Origin: a virus
Length of the DNA: 64,000 nucleotides
Direction: 5' to 3' (one strand)
IMG/VR virus record: IMGVR_UViG_3300046820_001062
Span: 59,731 to 123,730 of that record
Positions 36,659-46,208 of this stretch are shown here, piece by piece. The notes under the pieces were generated by a model. The model had not been told where the DNA came from, did no database searches, and saw only the letters and a program-made list of their open reading frames with translations. Position numbers and translations under genes: made by a program. Within the stretch, counting starts at the first letter, position 1, and each line of letters begins with the position of its first letter.

Positions 36659-36852
36659 GACTACAAATCTACATTATCATCTCCTACTTAGGTGGTGCAT
36701 TTTTTACAATTATGACATTAGCACAAGCAAGAGTGTTGAGCGTTGCTGACATTCTATTTTTCTTTTTGTCTCCATTTGCAATTATGCCTATCTTGTTGGT
36801 TCAGCTCATCTCACAGTTTGTGGATGTAGACAAACCTGTTATCAGAATTTAA
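36652..36852 (+). CDS. Two-helix membrane protein
   Basis: Two hydrophobic helices in 66 aa. Confidence 0.6.
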   Translation: MLGLQIYIIISYLGGAFFTIMTLAQARVLSVADILFFFLSPFAIMPILLVQLISQFVDVDKPVIRI

Positions 36853-36856
36853 TTTA

Positions 36857-36887
36857 AAGGACTTGTAGAAATACAGGTCCTTTTTTT
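36857..36887 (+). terminator. Intrinsic terminator
   Basis: AAGGACTTGTA-GAAA-TACAGGTCCTT followed by a T-run. Confidence 0.85.
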
Positions 36888-36947
36888 ATGACAATTATAT
36901 CACTATGCAGTGATGGTATCCATTATTTACTCTAAAATTGACAAGAA

Positions 36948-37472
36948 ATGAAGAATCAAATTACAGCCACAGCCCAAGGTCTATTGACCTATGACAAAAA
37001 CGGTAAGCCACAACTTGAGCGTTACACTCACAAATTTCAATCAAAATCAGACTACAAGCCAAAGCACATTGCGCAAACTAGCACAGATTTAGAAAAGATT
37101 CATTTGAACATGGTTCAACGCCAAATGTTCAGACGTTTGATGTATGGATTGAAAGAGTATACGCCAGAGCAAATGGCAACGTTGTCACCTTCTACAATCA
37201 GCAAGATTGTTGAAGACTACAAAAAAGCTAAAAGAGCTTTGCACATTATGAAGGCTAAAAAGTATTATTATGCTGAAACAAAGCTAATGAATGCTATTTT
37301 CCCATCATTCAATCTAGGCTCAAAAGATCATGACTGGTTTTTAGAATTACCAAAGAGTGTAACATTGAGAAGTTTGGGAATCTCTACTAAAGAAGTAGTT
37401 GAAGAATTTATCAAACGTAAACTCCTTCCTAAAAACTTTTTTAACATCACACCTCAAAACGTATCTCTCTAA
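36948..37472 (+). CDS. Hypothetical protein
   Basis: 174-aa ORF. Confidence 0.7.
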   Translation: MKNQITATAQGLLTYDKNGKPQLERYTHKFQSKSDYKPKHIAQTSTDLEKIHLNMVQRQMFRRLMYGLKEYTPEQMATLSPSTISKIVEDYKKAKRALHIMKAKKYYYAETKLMNAIFPSFNLGSKDHDWFLELPKSVTLRSLGISTKEVVEEFIKRKLLPKNFFNITPQNVSL

Positions 37473-37795
37473 TGGCCAAAAAAGATCAAACAGATGAGTC
37501 CATCAAATACGGTGGACTCTCTAACTCTGAAATCATGCTTGTTTACTACCGTTTCAAAAAGTATGTAGACAACCTTGATGAGAATCTAAACAAGAATCAA
37601 GTCACAAAAACAGTTAAAACTCCAATGGGTAATGCTACAGCAATTATGCAAATTTCTGAAGAGCATGTTGCTAAATTCAAAGCTACAGAATATTACATTC
37701 TGGCAAAATCTGTTGTTGCTAAACTAGGACCCATTGTTGAACTGTTAGAAAGTTGTGATGACACTTTTAAACAGTTAGCAAATGAACTACGGTAG
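37472..37795 (+). CDS. Hypothetical protein
   Basis: 107-aa coupled ORF. Confidence 0.7.
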   Translation: MAKKDQTDESIKYGGLSNSEIMLVYYRFKKYVDNLDENLNKNQVTKTVKTPMGNATAIMQISEEHVAKFKATEYYILAKSVVAKLGPIVELLESCDDTFKQLANELR

Positions 37796-38057
37796 AGTAA
37801 ACAATGTGGTGTCCTATTCTGAGTTAATTTCTTTGGAAGCAAAAGGACTCTACGCAATTGTTTGTTCTTTATGTGGTAACAAAGATTACTGTTATCCAGC
37901 ACTTTCAACCTTAGCAAAGATGTCTGGTAAAAGTAAGTCTACTGTTCAAAGGCTTCTCAAAGAATTATCAGAAAAAGGTGTTATACAAAGGTTGTATGAC
38001 CCAAGTCAAAGAAAAACCATCACTTACAATTTGATGGACAAAAGTAAAAAATCTTAA
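37782..38057 (+). CDS. Helix-turn-helix DNA-binding protein
   Basis: AKGLYAIV...CYPALSTLAKMSGKSKSTVQRLLKELSEKGVI. Confidence 0.8.
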   Translation: MNYGRVNNVVSYSELISLEAKGLYAIVCSLCGNKDYCYPALSTLAKMSGKSKSTVQRLLKELSEKGVIQRLYDPSQRKTITYNLMDKSKKS

Positions 38058-38068
38058 ATTCAAAAATC

Positions 38069-38512
38069 ATGTCAAAAAAATCGTTTTTAGCACAAATTCA
38101 AGAAATTGAAAACAAAGAGTTAGAGTTCAATGACCACATTTTAATGTGTATTGAAACTGACGACAATGGCATTCCTGTTGGAAGTGCTTTGAAAGTAAAA
38201 GGTACTCCTTTCCAAACTCTTGGAATGTTGGACCTTGCAATTAGGAAACTTGAAGAAGCTCGTGAGTCTATTCATGAGAAATTCCAAACAGTTGAAGATG
38301 CATCTCGTGCATTGAACAGTATGCCAAAGGATATTGTAGACAAAATCAGGAAGTTTGAAGAAGAAGCACGTGATGCTATGCGCAATGGAGACATTGACAA
38401 ACTGAATCAGCTTAAAGATAAAGTCAAAAATGAACTTGGCATCACTGGAGATGATGATGATGATTCTGACGAAACTGGATTCAACAGTAATGACTTTAAA
38501 GGAGGATTTTAA
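38069..38512 (+). CDS. Hypothetical helical protein with acidic tail
   Basis: 147-aa ORF. Confidence 0.7.
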   Translation: MSKKSFLAQIQEIENKELEFNDHILMCIETDDNGIPVGSALKVKGTPFQTLGMLDLAIRKLEEARESIHEKFQTVEDASRALNSMPKDIVDKIRKFEEEARDAMRNGDIDKLNQLKDKVKNELGITGDDDDDSDETGFNSNDFKGGF

Positions 38513-38525
38513 AGAGAGGACCTAG

Positions 38526-38623
38526 TCATGGGTGACCACCCATGAATTTTTCCGCTTTCTCTTTATATTCTTCTCTTTACTTACTAGTCACTGGTGAATA
38601 CCTTACATGGTCACCAGTGACTA
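38526..38623. repeat. Two adjacent inverted repeats built from one motif (operator-like)
   Basis: TCATGGGTG/CACCCATGA and a perfect 13-bp TAGTCACTGGTGA/TCACCAGTGACTA. Confidence 0.8.
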
Positions 38624-38665
38624 CCTTTACTCAATTTTACTCAATAAAATCAACACTTTACAAAT

Positions 38666-39241
38666 ATGGGAGTAGACATCTATGGAATCAGTCCAAAATT
38701 GACTGAATCTGCACCAGAAATGCCAGATAACTATGAAGAATTATCTGAGCAACAAGTAAAAGATTACTGGAAAATGCGTGATGATTGGGAACAGTCCAAT
38801 CCAGGTTTCTATTTTAGAAACAACTGGTGGCACTGGCGTCCATTACAAATGCTAATTTCAGTATTCAATTCTGCTTATGAACTTAACATACCAGATGAAA
38901 CCCTGAAACAATTAGGTGAAAATGGTGGTGGAGGAGTCAAAGACAAAGGTCAGTGTGAACAATTGGCTAAATGCTTCAAAGAATTTGCTGCTGACATGAG
39001 ATTAAAAAACAACAACGTTCTTTATCTCAACACAGGTTGGTGGCATGGCAAAGATGATAATGGTCCATCTATAAAAGATGACGCTATCAATGAAGCATTG
39101 AACGCAAAGTATCCTGGAATTTTCTTTGAACAAGCAGAATTAGATGGTGTTTACTATGACCCATCACACGCAACAAACGTTGACAATGTAGAAGAGTTTG
39201 CACTCTTTTTAGAAAACTGTAATGGTTTTGAAATTTACTAA
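38666..39241 (+). CDS. Conserved phage hypothetical protein
   Basis: MGVDIYG, YFRNNWWHWRPL, FLENCNGFEI. Confidence 0.75.
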   Translation: MGVDIYGISPKLTESAPEMPDNYEELSEQQVKDYWKMRDDWEQSNPGFYFRNNWWHWRPLQMLISVFNSAYELNIPDETLKQLGENGGGGVKDKGQCEQLAKCFKEFAADMRLKNNNVLYLNTGWWHGKDDNGPSIKDDAINEALNAKYPGIFFEQAELDGVYYDPSHATNVDNVEEFALFLENCNGFEIY

Positions 39242-39261
39242 CCTCAATAAATACATAAAAA

Positions 39262-40548
39262 ATGATCTTATTACAATCAGCAATTAGCGGCACAAGCTAT
39301 CAAATTAAAACTCTCCCTAAACAATCTTTTGAGAAAGGTTTGACACGTCACATTGATGACATGAAAATTACATCTCCAATTGCAGAGTTTGCTAAATTTC
39401 CTTTAGGAACAATTTTCATCACTGATGGATATGATTTTCCAGAAGATGATCACCTACACATTCGTAAAGAGAATGTTGTTGCAATGTTCTATGACACTAC
39501 TGTTTTTCCTCTAGCTCACATAGAGAAGCCACGCCTGCAAGAAATGGCTGACTTTACTGTTAACTATATGATTGACAGTGACTTATATGGCATTGAGAAA
39601 GCAAAAGCAATGGCGGAACAATTTGCATCTTATGGTTATGAATATGACTGGGATGCTATGATTGCTCCAAAGCCAACTGTATCTGGTGAAATTCCATCTG
39701 GAACAAACCTTAAACGTACTATTGCAGCAAACTTTCCTGTACCATCTGTTGATGACTGTGGGTTCCATATTGATCCTGATATGTGGTTCTTACTTGTGAG
39801 AAACGTGTTACGCGGTGAAAATACTTTGCTTGTAGGGCCTACAGGTTCTGGTAAAACAGAAATTGTATCCCACCTTGCAATGGCAATGGAAAAACAAATG
39901 TACATTCAAGACATGGGTACTGTTCAAGATGCTCAATCAGCATTGCTTGGCGTTCACCGTTTGAACAAAGAAGGTCACTCAGCATTTGAGTTTGCACCTT
40001 TTGTGAATAACATTCAAGCTGGTGGTATCATGTTGTTGGATGAGTTAAACCGTTCACCTCTTGCTGCAAATAATATCTTGTTCCCTTGTTTGGACAAAAG
40101 ACGTTACTTGCCAGTAGACATTGCATGTGAAGATTGTGATCGTAGGATTCCTGTTAATGAGAACACTGTGTTCTTTGCAACTGCTAACCTTGGTTCTGAG
40201 TATTCAGGTACTCATTCAATTGACCGTGCATTGCTTGACCGTTTCTTTCCAATAGAACTTGGTTATCCATCAGAAAAAGATGAGGTGAATGTACTTAAGT
40301 TGCGTACAGGAATTGATGAGAAGTTTGCTACTGCAATTGTACGTGTATCTAATGAGATACGTAAACAATACAAAGAGCAAGAACTTTCTACTCCTGTATC
40401 AGTTCGTCATACTATTCAAGCTGCAAGCCTTATTGCAGATGGTTTTGATGTAGATAAAGCATTGCTTGCTACTATCATGCCTTTATTTGAAGATGGTATT
40501 GGTGTATCTGAACGTAGCAAAGTACTTTCTATTGTATCAGCATTTTAG
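39262..40548 (+). CDS. MoxR/CbbQ/NorQ-type AAA+ ATPase
   Basis: GPTGSGKT, LLDELNR, ATANLG..Y.GT...DRALLDRF, S.R. Confidence 0.9.
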   Translation: MILLQSAISGTSYQIKTLPKQSFEKGLTRHIDDMKITSPIAEFAKFPLGTIFITDGYDFPEDDHLHIRKENVVAMFYDTTVFPLAHIEKPRLQEMADFTVNYMIDSDLYGIEKAKAMAEQFASYGYEYDWDAMIAPKPTVSGEIPSGTNLKRTIAANFPVPSVDDCGFHIDPDMWFLLVRNVLRGENTLLVGPTGSGKTEIVSHLAMAMEKQMYIQDMGTVQDAQSALLGVHRLNKEGHSAFEFAPFVNNIQAGGIMLLDELNRSPLAANNILFPCLDKRRYLPVDIACEDCDRRIPVNENTVFFATANLGSEYSGTHSIDRALLDRFFPIELGYPSEKDEVNVLKLRTGIDEKFATAIVRVSNEIRKQYKEQELSTPVSVRHTIQAASLIADGFDVDKALLATIMPLFEDGIGVSERSKVLSIVSAF

Positions 40549-40578
40549 GGTGTTTAGGATCACCTGAATTGACATTGG

Positions 40579-40606
40579 AAGGAGAGTGTAATGCTCTCCT
40601 TTCTTT
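40579..40606 (+). terminator. Terminator-like hairpin between AAA and vWA genes
   Basis: AAGGAGAGT/GCTCTCCTT followed by TCTTT. Confidence 0.6.
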
Positions 40607-40631
40607 GTCATAATTATCTAAATAAAATTAC

Positions 40632-42509
40632 ATGAGCAAATTAGTAAAAGACTGGTTCAACCGCAGAGCTGAAGATGCGTACACATTCAATGATGAATCA
40701 AAACGTTTCTTCAACTGGGATAAAGATAGGAGTTCATACTCTTCATACTTTATCAGAAATGACAACTCACTGAAGGAAGCTTCTAAAATGATTGGCTCTA
40801 TGTTCAGAGTTATTGGTGTACCTAAAACATTTAGATATTCTAATGATATCCAATCATCTAAAAAAGGTTATGCAGACGCCAAAGTTCAAGTACCTTTAAG
40901 CATGCTTAGAGATGAAAATGGCAATTACCTTGACAGAGATGAGAAGCTATTAGATGCTTTTTATGGTGCTGCTATTCAAAATGCTGCTCTTGCAACAATG
41001 CAGACAACACAAGAATACAACAAAACCATGTTGATGCGTGACACTTCAAAAACTACAACTGTAAAAGATTTGATTACAAGTGTATTGAACATAGAACGCA
41101 TTGATAAAAAGCTTGCTGATCGTCTTCCTGGTTATCTGAAATTTGTTCAGAAGTACAAAGAACATAGGTTTGAAAACTATGAAGGTCCCGGCATAGAAGC
41201 TCCAAAGCAAAAACGCTTACTTGATCTTGTGGTAAAAATGTTACGCTATCCTGCTAACATTACAGAAGAAGACATGGAAGACTTTGCTGAGCCTTTGAAA
41301 GCAATGGAGCGTATTCTTAAGAAGCATGGTGGTATACCAAATGATTTTGATAGTTGTGCTAGCATGGCTACCAGTTTATCAAACATTGTATACAAGTATA
41401 CTGAAAAAGAAGAAGAACCTCCTGGAGGTGGTGGTGAAGGTGAAGATGGATCTGGTGAAGATGATGGTTCTGGTACGCCAAGTCCAAGTAAGCCAAAACC
41501 TGAAGTAGACAAGTCTACACTAGACAGTCTTGCCACATTAATGATGGCAGATTTGATTAATCCTGAAGAAGGTTCAGCTGGTGGTGAAGATTTTGAAGAT
41601 GATTTTGAAGACTTTGTTGATGACATGTCTGAAACTTCTCCAACAACACCAAAGAGTGAATTTAACTGGGAAGAAGAAGGTACAGCATCTGAAGGTAAAA
41701 TATTCTGGAAGAAAGCTGAAGTAAACACACGTTCTAAAGATAGATATAGAGATGCCATGACTAAAATTGACACAACAAAAGCTGCTGTGTTACAAAAGTT
41801 ATTTGCTCGTAAGAGTAAAAACTATGAGTTTAGCATGAAGTCTATGCGTTCAGGACGTTTGGATACAAATAAGATTGCAGAAGCTGTGCAACAAGTTCCT
41901 ACTATTTATGAAAGATTTGGTCAAGTAACTACTAGCAAAGTTTGTGTTGGTGTTCTTATAGATGAATCTGGATCAATGGGAGGTACTAAAATACAGAAAG
42001 CAAGAGAAGCTGCAATCTTTATCAATGAAGTATTCAAGAAAATGCCTGACGTAGAATTGTTTATCTATGGTCATACTGCTGATACAAATGGCAGGGATTC
42101 TGTAGACATGACTATCTATCGTGAAAAAGGACTCATTACTGATTCTTTTTCTCTTGGTACTGTTGAAGCACATGCAAACAACAGAGATGGTGATGCAATT
42201 CTTGCAACAGCAAGACGTATACGTAATCAGACAGAGAATCAAGGTTTACTTATTGTATTATCAGATGGTGCTCCAAGTGCTTCTGGATATGGTGGACGTG
42301 AAGCAATTGCAGATACACGTAAGAAAGTTACGCGTGCTCAATCTTTAGGTTTCCAAGTTATTCAGATTGCAATTGAAGAACATGTCCCTTCTAAAGAGAT
42401 GTTTGATTACTTTATACAGATGACAGATATCAAGAATCTTCCAAAAGATCTTGTTAACTACATGTCTAAGAAAGTAGACAAGCTAATCAAAGAAAAAATA
42501 AGTTTGTAA
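40632..42509 (+). CDS. von Willebrand factor A (CobT/NorD-like) protein
   Basis: SGRLD, LIDESGSM MIDAS, NRDG.AI, VLSDG.P. Confidence 0.88.
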   Translation: MSKLVKDWFNRRAEDAYTFNDESKRFFNWDKDRSSYSSYFIRNDNSLKEASKMIGSMFRVIGVPKTFRYSNDIQSSKKGYADAKVQVPLSMLRDENGNYLDRDEKLLDAFYGAAIQNAALATMQTTQEYNKTMLMRDTSKTTTVKDLITSVLNIERIDKKLADRLPGYLKFVQKYKEHRFENYEGPGIEAPKQKRLLDLVVKMLRYPANITEEDMEDFAEPLKAMERILKKHGGIPNDFDSCASMATSLSNIVYKYTEKEEEPPGGGGEGEDGSGEDDGSGTPSPSKPKPEVDKSTLDSLATLMMADLINPEEGSAGGEDFEDDFEDFVDDMSETSPTTPKSEFNWEEEGTASEGKIFWKKAEVNTRSKDRYRDAMTKIDTTKAAVLQKLFARKSKNYEFSMKSMRSGRLDTNKIAEAVQQVPTIYERFGQVTTSKVCVGVLIDESGSMGGTKIQKAREAAIFINEVFKKMPDVELFIYGHTADTNGRDSVDMTIYREKGLITDSFSLGTVEAHANNRDGDAILATARRIRNQTENQGLLIVLSDGAPSASGYGGREAIADTRKKVTRAQSLGFQVIQIAIEEHVPSKEMFDYFIQMTDIKNLPKDLVNYMSKKVDKLIKEKISL

Positions 42510-42512
42510 GTT

Positions 42513-43007
42513 ATGAGTACAATACGTTTTATTGCAGATCTTCACTTTGGTCATACAAACATGGCTATAAAAAGAGGATTTTTATCTTCAGAAGAACATG
42601 ATGAATACATCATTAAAAACTGGAATAATACTGTTTCAAAACGTGATGTAACATACATCCTTGGAGATTTATCCATGGAAAAGAAAAGCCCTTATCACTT
42701 GCTTTCACGTCTTAATGGCGTGAAGCATGTGGTTTTGGGTAATCATGATAGACACCAAGATGTTGCAGAACTATTGAAACATGTTCACAGTGTTTCAGGA
42801 ATGATTAAGTATAAAGGTTTTTGGCTAACACACTGTCCAGTGCATCCATCTGAACTAGATAGAGTTTATGGAAATATACATGGGCATGTACATGAAAACA
42901 TTATAGATGAACCTAAATACTTTTGCGTTTCTTGTGAAAACATTGATTACACTCCAAGAACATTTGAAGAATTAAACATTAAGATTCCTATAAAAATTAA
43001 TAAATAA
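42513..43007 (+). CDS. Calcineurin-like metallophosphoesterase
   Basis: ADLHFGH, LGD, GNHD, THCP, HGHVH. Confidence 0.88.
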   Translation: MSTIRFIADLHFGHTNMAIKRGFLSSEEHDEYIIKNWNNTVSKRDVTYILGDLSMEKKSPYHLLSRLNGVKHVVLGNHDRHQDVAELLKHVHSVSGMIKYKGFWLTHCPVHPSELDRVYGNIHGHVHENIIDEPKYFCVSCENIDYTPRTFEELNIKIPIKINK

Positions 43008-43010
43008 ACT

Positions 43011-43355
43011 ATGGAAAAACAGCCTAATGTGGTAGTATCATCTGGAGGTGTAAAATGTGATAATAAATCATGTGATTACATAGACAAAACTGCTACTGTT
43101 GAAAGATATTCAGAGTATCTAAACAAACCTTGTCCTAAATGTGGTGAAAATCTTCTTACAGAAGAGGATTACAAATTAGCTCAACAATTAAATGCTTTAG
43201 CTAATTTTATGAATTCCCTCAGTCAAGAACAAATACAAGAATTAAACAAAGCGCAAGGTGTTGAAGTTGATCCTGAACTTGCAAACAAAAAAGTTTCTGT
43301 TACATTTAACGCTCACGACTCAATCTCAATAGAAAAAATTGAATTAATTGATTAG
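43011..43355 (+). CDS. Zinc-ribbon protein
   Basis: CDNKSC...CPKCG. Confidence 0.65.
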   Translation: MEKQPNVVVSSGGVKCDNKSCDYIDKTATVERYSEYLNKPCPKCGENLLTEEDYKLAQQLNALANFMNSLSQEQIQELNKAQGVEVDPELANKKVSVTFNAHDSISIEKIELID

Positions 43356-43357
43356 TT

Positions 43358-43549
43358 ATGATTGTAATGACAGAAGGATCAAAAGTTACTTACACTTTTA
43401 ATAAGCGTAATGACAAAGGTATAATTAAAAGTTTTTCTGATGATTATAAAAAAGCATTTGTTGTTTTTAAATGCAATAATGATTGGGAGGATTACAAAAA
43501 TTATACTGCACAAAGTACACCTATTAAACATTTAAAACCAGGTTGGTAA
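43358..43549 (+). CDS. Hypothetical small beta protein
   Basis: 63-aa coupled ORF. Confidence 0.6.
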   Translation: MIVMTEGSKVTYTFNKRNDKGIIKSFSDDYKKAFVVFKCNNDWEDYKNYTAQSTPIKHLKPGW

Positions 43550-43755
43550 TGCTAGGAGCTTTTTATTGTCCACACTGTGGAACTCAAAATGCATGTAACT
43601 GCGAAACATGCTCACCTCACATAAAAGAAGGTGAATTTGTCAATAAATGGACAGATGATGGAGAGTTCCACATTTGTGGCAACTGTAACAAAATCTACAG
43701 TCCAGATCAATCTCTTGATGAAGAGATGAAGCAATACAATTCTAAACAATTTTAA
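43543..43755 (+). CDS. Zinc-finger protein
   Basis: CPHC..NACNCETC...CGNC. Confidence 0.65.
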   Translation: MVMLGAFYCPHCGTQNACNCETCSPHIKEGEFVNKWTDDGEFHICGNCNKIYSPDQSLDEEMKQYNSKQF

Positions 43756-43765
43756 ATAAAAAATT

Positions 43766-44101
43766 ATGTCAGAAGAAATAAAATACAAGTATCCTGTTGG
43801 AGACTTTTTAAGTGGATTCTCAGATGATGAGACAAATCCATGTGACTATGAACTTGAATGCCAACGTATGGTAGTCAAAGGAGTTGAATATTTTGATGAT
43901 AATCAAGAAATGTTTGACATTATTAATGGTGGTGGCAAGAATGTATTTGATCCAGAACTTGAACCTCTTGTAAATCATATGATTGCAGGTGGTGATGGAC
44001 AAACTGGAGCTATGGTAGGCCACACTGTCAAGCATGCTTTTTATGCTAAGAAATTAGGATGGGATAACTACATCTCTAAAATTACTAAAAAGGATGAGTA
44101 A
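43766..44101 (+). CDS. Hypothetical protein
   Basis: 111-aa ORF. Confidence 0.65.
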   Translation: MSEEIKYKYPVGDFLSGFSDDETNPCDYELECQRMVVKGVEYFDDNQEMFDIINGGGKNVFDPELEPLVNHMIAGGDGQTGAMVGHTVKHAFYAKKLGWDNYISKITKKDE

Positions 44102-44958
44102 TGGAGCATGTTGTAAGAAAATCAATGGTTATTAGAGAAAGTGGTAGAAGTACTGACTTTATCTCTCCTAGTTTTGGTCATGGTTGTTTATTCAATTGTA
44201 CTTATTGTTACATGAAACGCCATAAACCTGAAGGTTTAGACATAGCAAAAAATACCAATGAGATTCTTACAGAAATAAATAATCATAGCTGGTTTTCTAC
44301 TGTAGATAAACCTAATCAAACTCATGAGAAGTTTGTTACTTATGATATTTCATGTAATGAAGACTTTGCATTGCATTTAAAGTACCATAAATGGAAACAA
44401 ATCTTTGACTTTTTCAAGCAAAGTGAAGTTGCCATGGGTTCTTTTGCAACAAAGTACGTTAATGAAGAACTTTGTACGTACAATCCTGAAGGAAAAATAC
44501 GTATAAGGTTCTCATTGATGCCTCAAAAGTATGCAGATTTACTAGAGCCAAACACCAGTAAAATCATTGACAGAATTAAAGCTATCAATGACTTTATTGA
44601 AGCAGGTTATGATGTTCATATCAATTTTTCACCTGTTGTTGTAACAGATGATTGGTTAGAACAATATAGAATGCTTTTTGAAGGTGTAGATGCTCTTGTA
44701 GATAGAAAGTACAAAGAACAAGTTAAAGCTGAGGTTATATTCTTAACACATAATCGTGACAAACACTTTTATAATTTGAAGAATAACTTGACAGGTGAAG
44801 ACTTGCTATGGAATCCTTCTATTCAAGAAGATAAAGTATCTCAGTATGGAGGACTAAATCTGCGTTATCAACATGATCTAAAGTCTCAGTACATTGATCA
44901 GTTTACAAAACTTCATGGTGAAATTATTCCTTGGAATAAAATCAGGTACATATTTTAA
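44101..44958 (+). CDS. Spore photoproduct lyase-like radical SAM enzyme
   Basis: GCLFNCTYCY (CxxxCxxC), DISCNED, FATK, RIRFSL, LEPNT...RI.A......GY.V. Confidence 0.8.
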   Translation: MEHVVRKSMVIRESGRSTDFISPSFGHGCLFNCTYCYMKRHKPEGLDIAKNTNEILTEINNHSWFSTVDKPNQTHEKFVTYDISCNEDFALHLKYHKWKQIFDFFKQSEVAMGSFATKYVNEELCTYNPEGKIRIRFSLMPQKYADLLEPNTSKIIDRIKAINDFIEAGYDVHINFSPVVVTDDWLEQYRMLFEGVDALVDRKYKEQVKAEVIFLTHNRDKHFYNLKNNLTGEDLLWNPSIQEDKVSQYGGLNLRYQHDLKSQYIDQFTKLHGEIIPWNKIRYIF

Positions 44959-44971
44959 AAAAATTAAAAAC

Positions 44972-45199
44972 ATGCAAAATAGTAACATATCACTAGAAGA
45001 TTTATTGACAATATTTTCTGCAGATGTAGATATTTTTTTACTTCAAGATGAAGCACAAGAAAATGATTTAGATAAACTTTACACAAAAGATGAAATTAGA
45101 GAGCAACTTAAAAAAACACTAACTAAGATTACATCTTTGCCTGTTAATCCAAAGCTTTATAAAATTCCTCTTTTCCCAGCATTATCAAAATCTATATAA
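44972..45199 (+). CDS. Hypothetical protein
   Basis: Start MQNSNIS after an A-rich leader. Confidence 0.55.
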   Translation: MQNSNISLEDLLTIFSADVDIFLLQDEAQENDLDKLYTKDEIREQLKKTLTKITSLPVNPKLYKIPLFPALSKSI

Positions 45200-45200
45200 T

Positions 45201-45287
45201 ATGGAAAATTATCCTCAATGGCTAAATAATCTTATATACTTCTTTGCAGGTATTGGGTTTGCTGGCGTAATGCTAATGTTTTTATGA
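45201..45287 (+). CDS. Single-pass membrane peptide (28 aa)
   Basis: MENYPQWLNNLIYFFAGIGFAGVMLMFL fills the gap and is coupled to the next gene. Confidence 0.45.
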   Translation: MENYPQWLNNLIYFFAGIGFAGVMLMFL

Positions 45288-45511
45288 TGACTGATCAAGA
45301 TAAAAAAACACAAGAATTTCTTTTTGACAAAATGCTAGAAAGTGATCATGAATATGGCATACGCTATATTGATAGCAATACTTGTATAGCTTTTAAAAAA
45401 GTAGGTAATAGAAAACTTACTGCAAACTCTGATTGCTATGAGAAAATAAAGAAGATAGTATCAGAAGAATATTTCAACAAAACATTTGTTCCTTTAGACT
45501 ATGGAAAATAA
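45284..45511 (+). CDS. Hypothetical protein
   Basis: 75-aa ORF. Confidence 0.6.
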   Translation: MMTDQDKKTQEFLFDKMLESDHEYGIRYIDSNTCIAFKKVGNRKLTANSDCYEKIKKIVSEEYFNKTFVPLDYGK

Positions 45512-45905
45512 ACAAATAGTATACAACTCTGTGACGTGTCAAGAGTGTATGGAGACAATTGTCAGCTACCACAGGCATGATTACAAAACTTGTTCTTGTC
45601 CCAACCAAGCAATGGTTGATGGAGGCACAGCTTATCTTAGATATGGTGCTAAAAATATGAATAAGATTAAAATTCATGCAGTATATACTGATGATGATTT
45701 TGAAATTGTACGCAAATACGCAACACGTGGTGGTAGAGGCAAAGATGGCAAACAACCTTTATCGTGGATTGCAATATGCGATATGACAGATGATCATCTT
45801 GAAGCTGTACTTGATTATGGTGGTGCAGATTGGCACTTAGATCTTATTAGAAAAGAAATTCAATACAGAAAAGACCATGGAATCACAATTAAAGACACTG
45901 AGTAA
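45501..45905 (+). CDS. Conserved phage zinc-binding protein
   Basis: CQEC...S.HRHDY..CSC....VDGG..YLR. Confidence 0.7.
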   Translation: MENKQIVYNSVTCQECMETIVSYHRHDYKTCSCPNQAMVDGGTAYLRYGAKNMNKIKIHAVYTDDDFEIVRKYATRGGRGKDGKQPLSWIAICDMTDDHLEAVLDYGGADWHLDLIRKEIQYRKDHGITIKDTE

Positions 45906-46206
45906 TCAGCATGTAGCAACAGCACTTGCTATGGTTGGCATTGGCGTAAAAGAAAATATTGCTGGATTAATTCAAGACACTATCCATTCATTAATTGAAA
46001 TGGGTGATCAATTTGATTTAGAAACAGCATCCAAACTTGTTGTAAAACATAAGTTTGAACCTGACAACACCCTTACAAAACTTAAAGCACAGTATGCTGT
46101 TTTAAGCGAATTGTATGATCCTAAAAGTAATCATAAAACTCAAAGAAAAATGGGTAACATGATTGATGAACTTTTAAAACAGATTGAATCTTATAAAATT
46201 TCATAG
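45877..46206 (+). CDS. Hypothetical protein
   Basis: 109-aa ORF. Confidence 0.6.
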   Translation: MESQLKTLSNQHVATALAMVGIGVKENIAGLIQDTIHSLIEMGDQFDLETASKLVVKHKFEPDNTLTKLKAQYAVLSELYDPKSNHKTQRKMGNMIDELLKQIESYKIS

Positions 46207-46208
46207 TT

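Noticed and set aside
41246-41773. 175-aa Ser-rich antisense ORF, and the many other short overlapping or antisense track ORFs
   Set aside because: These are mirror frames of strongly coding genes (here the acidic Gly-rich linker of the vWA protein) with no motifs or leaders.
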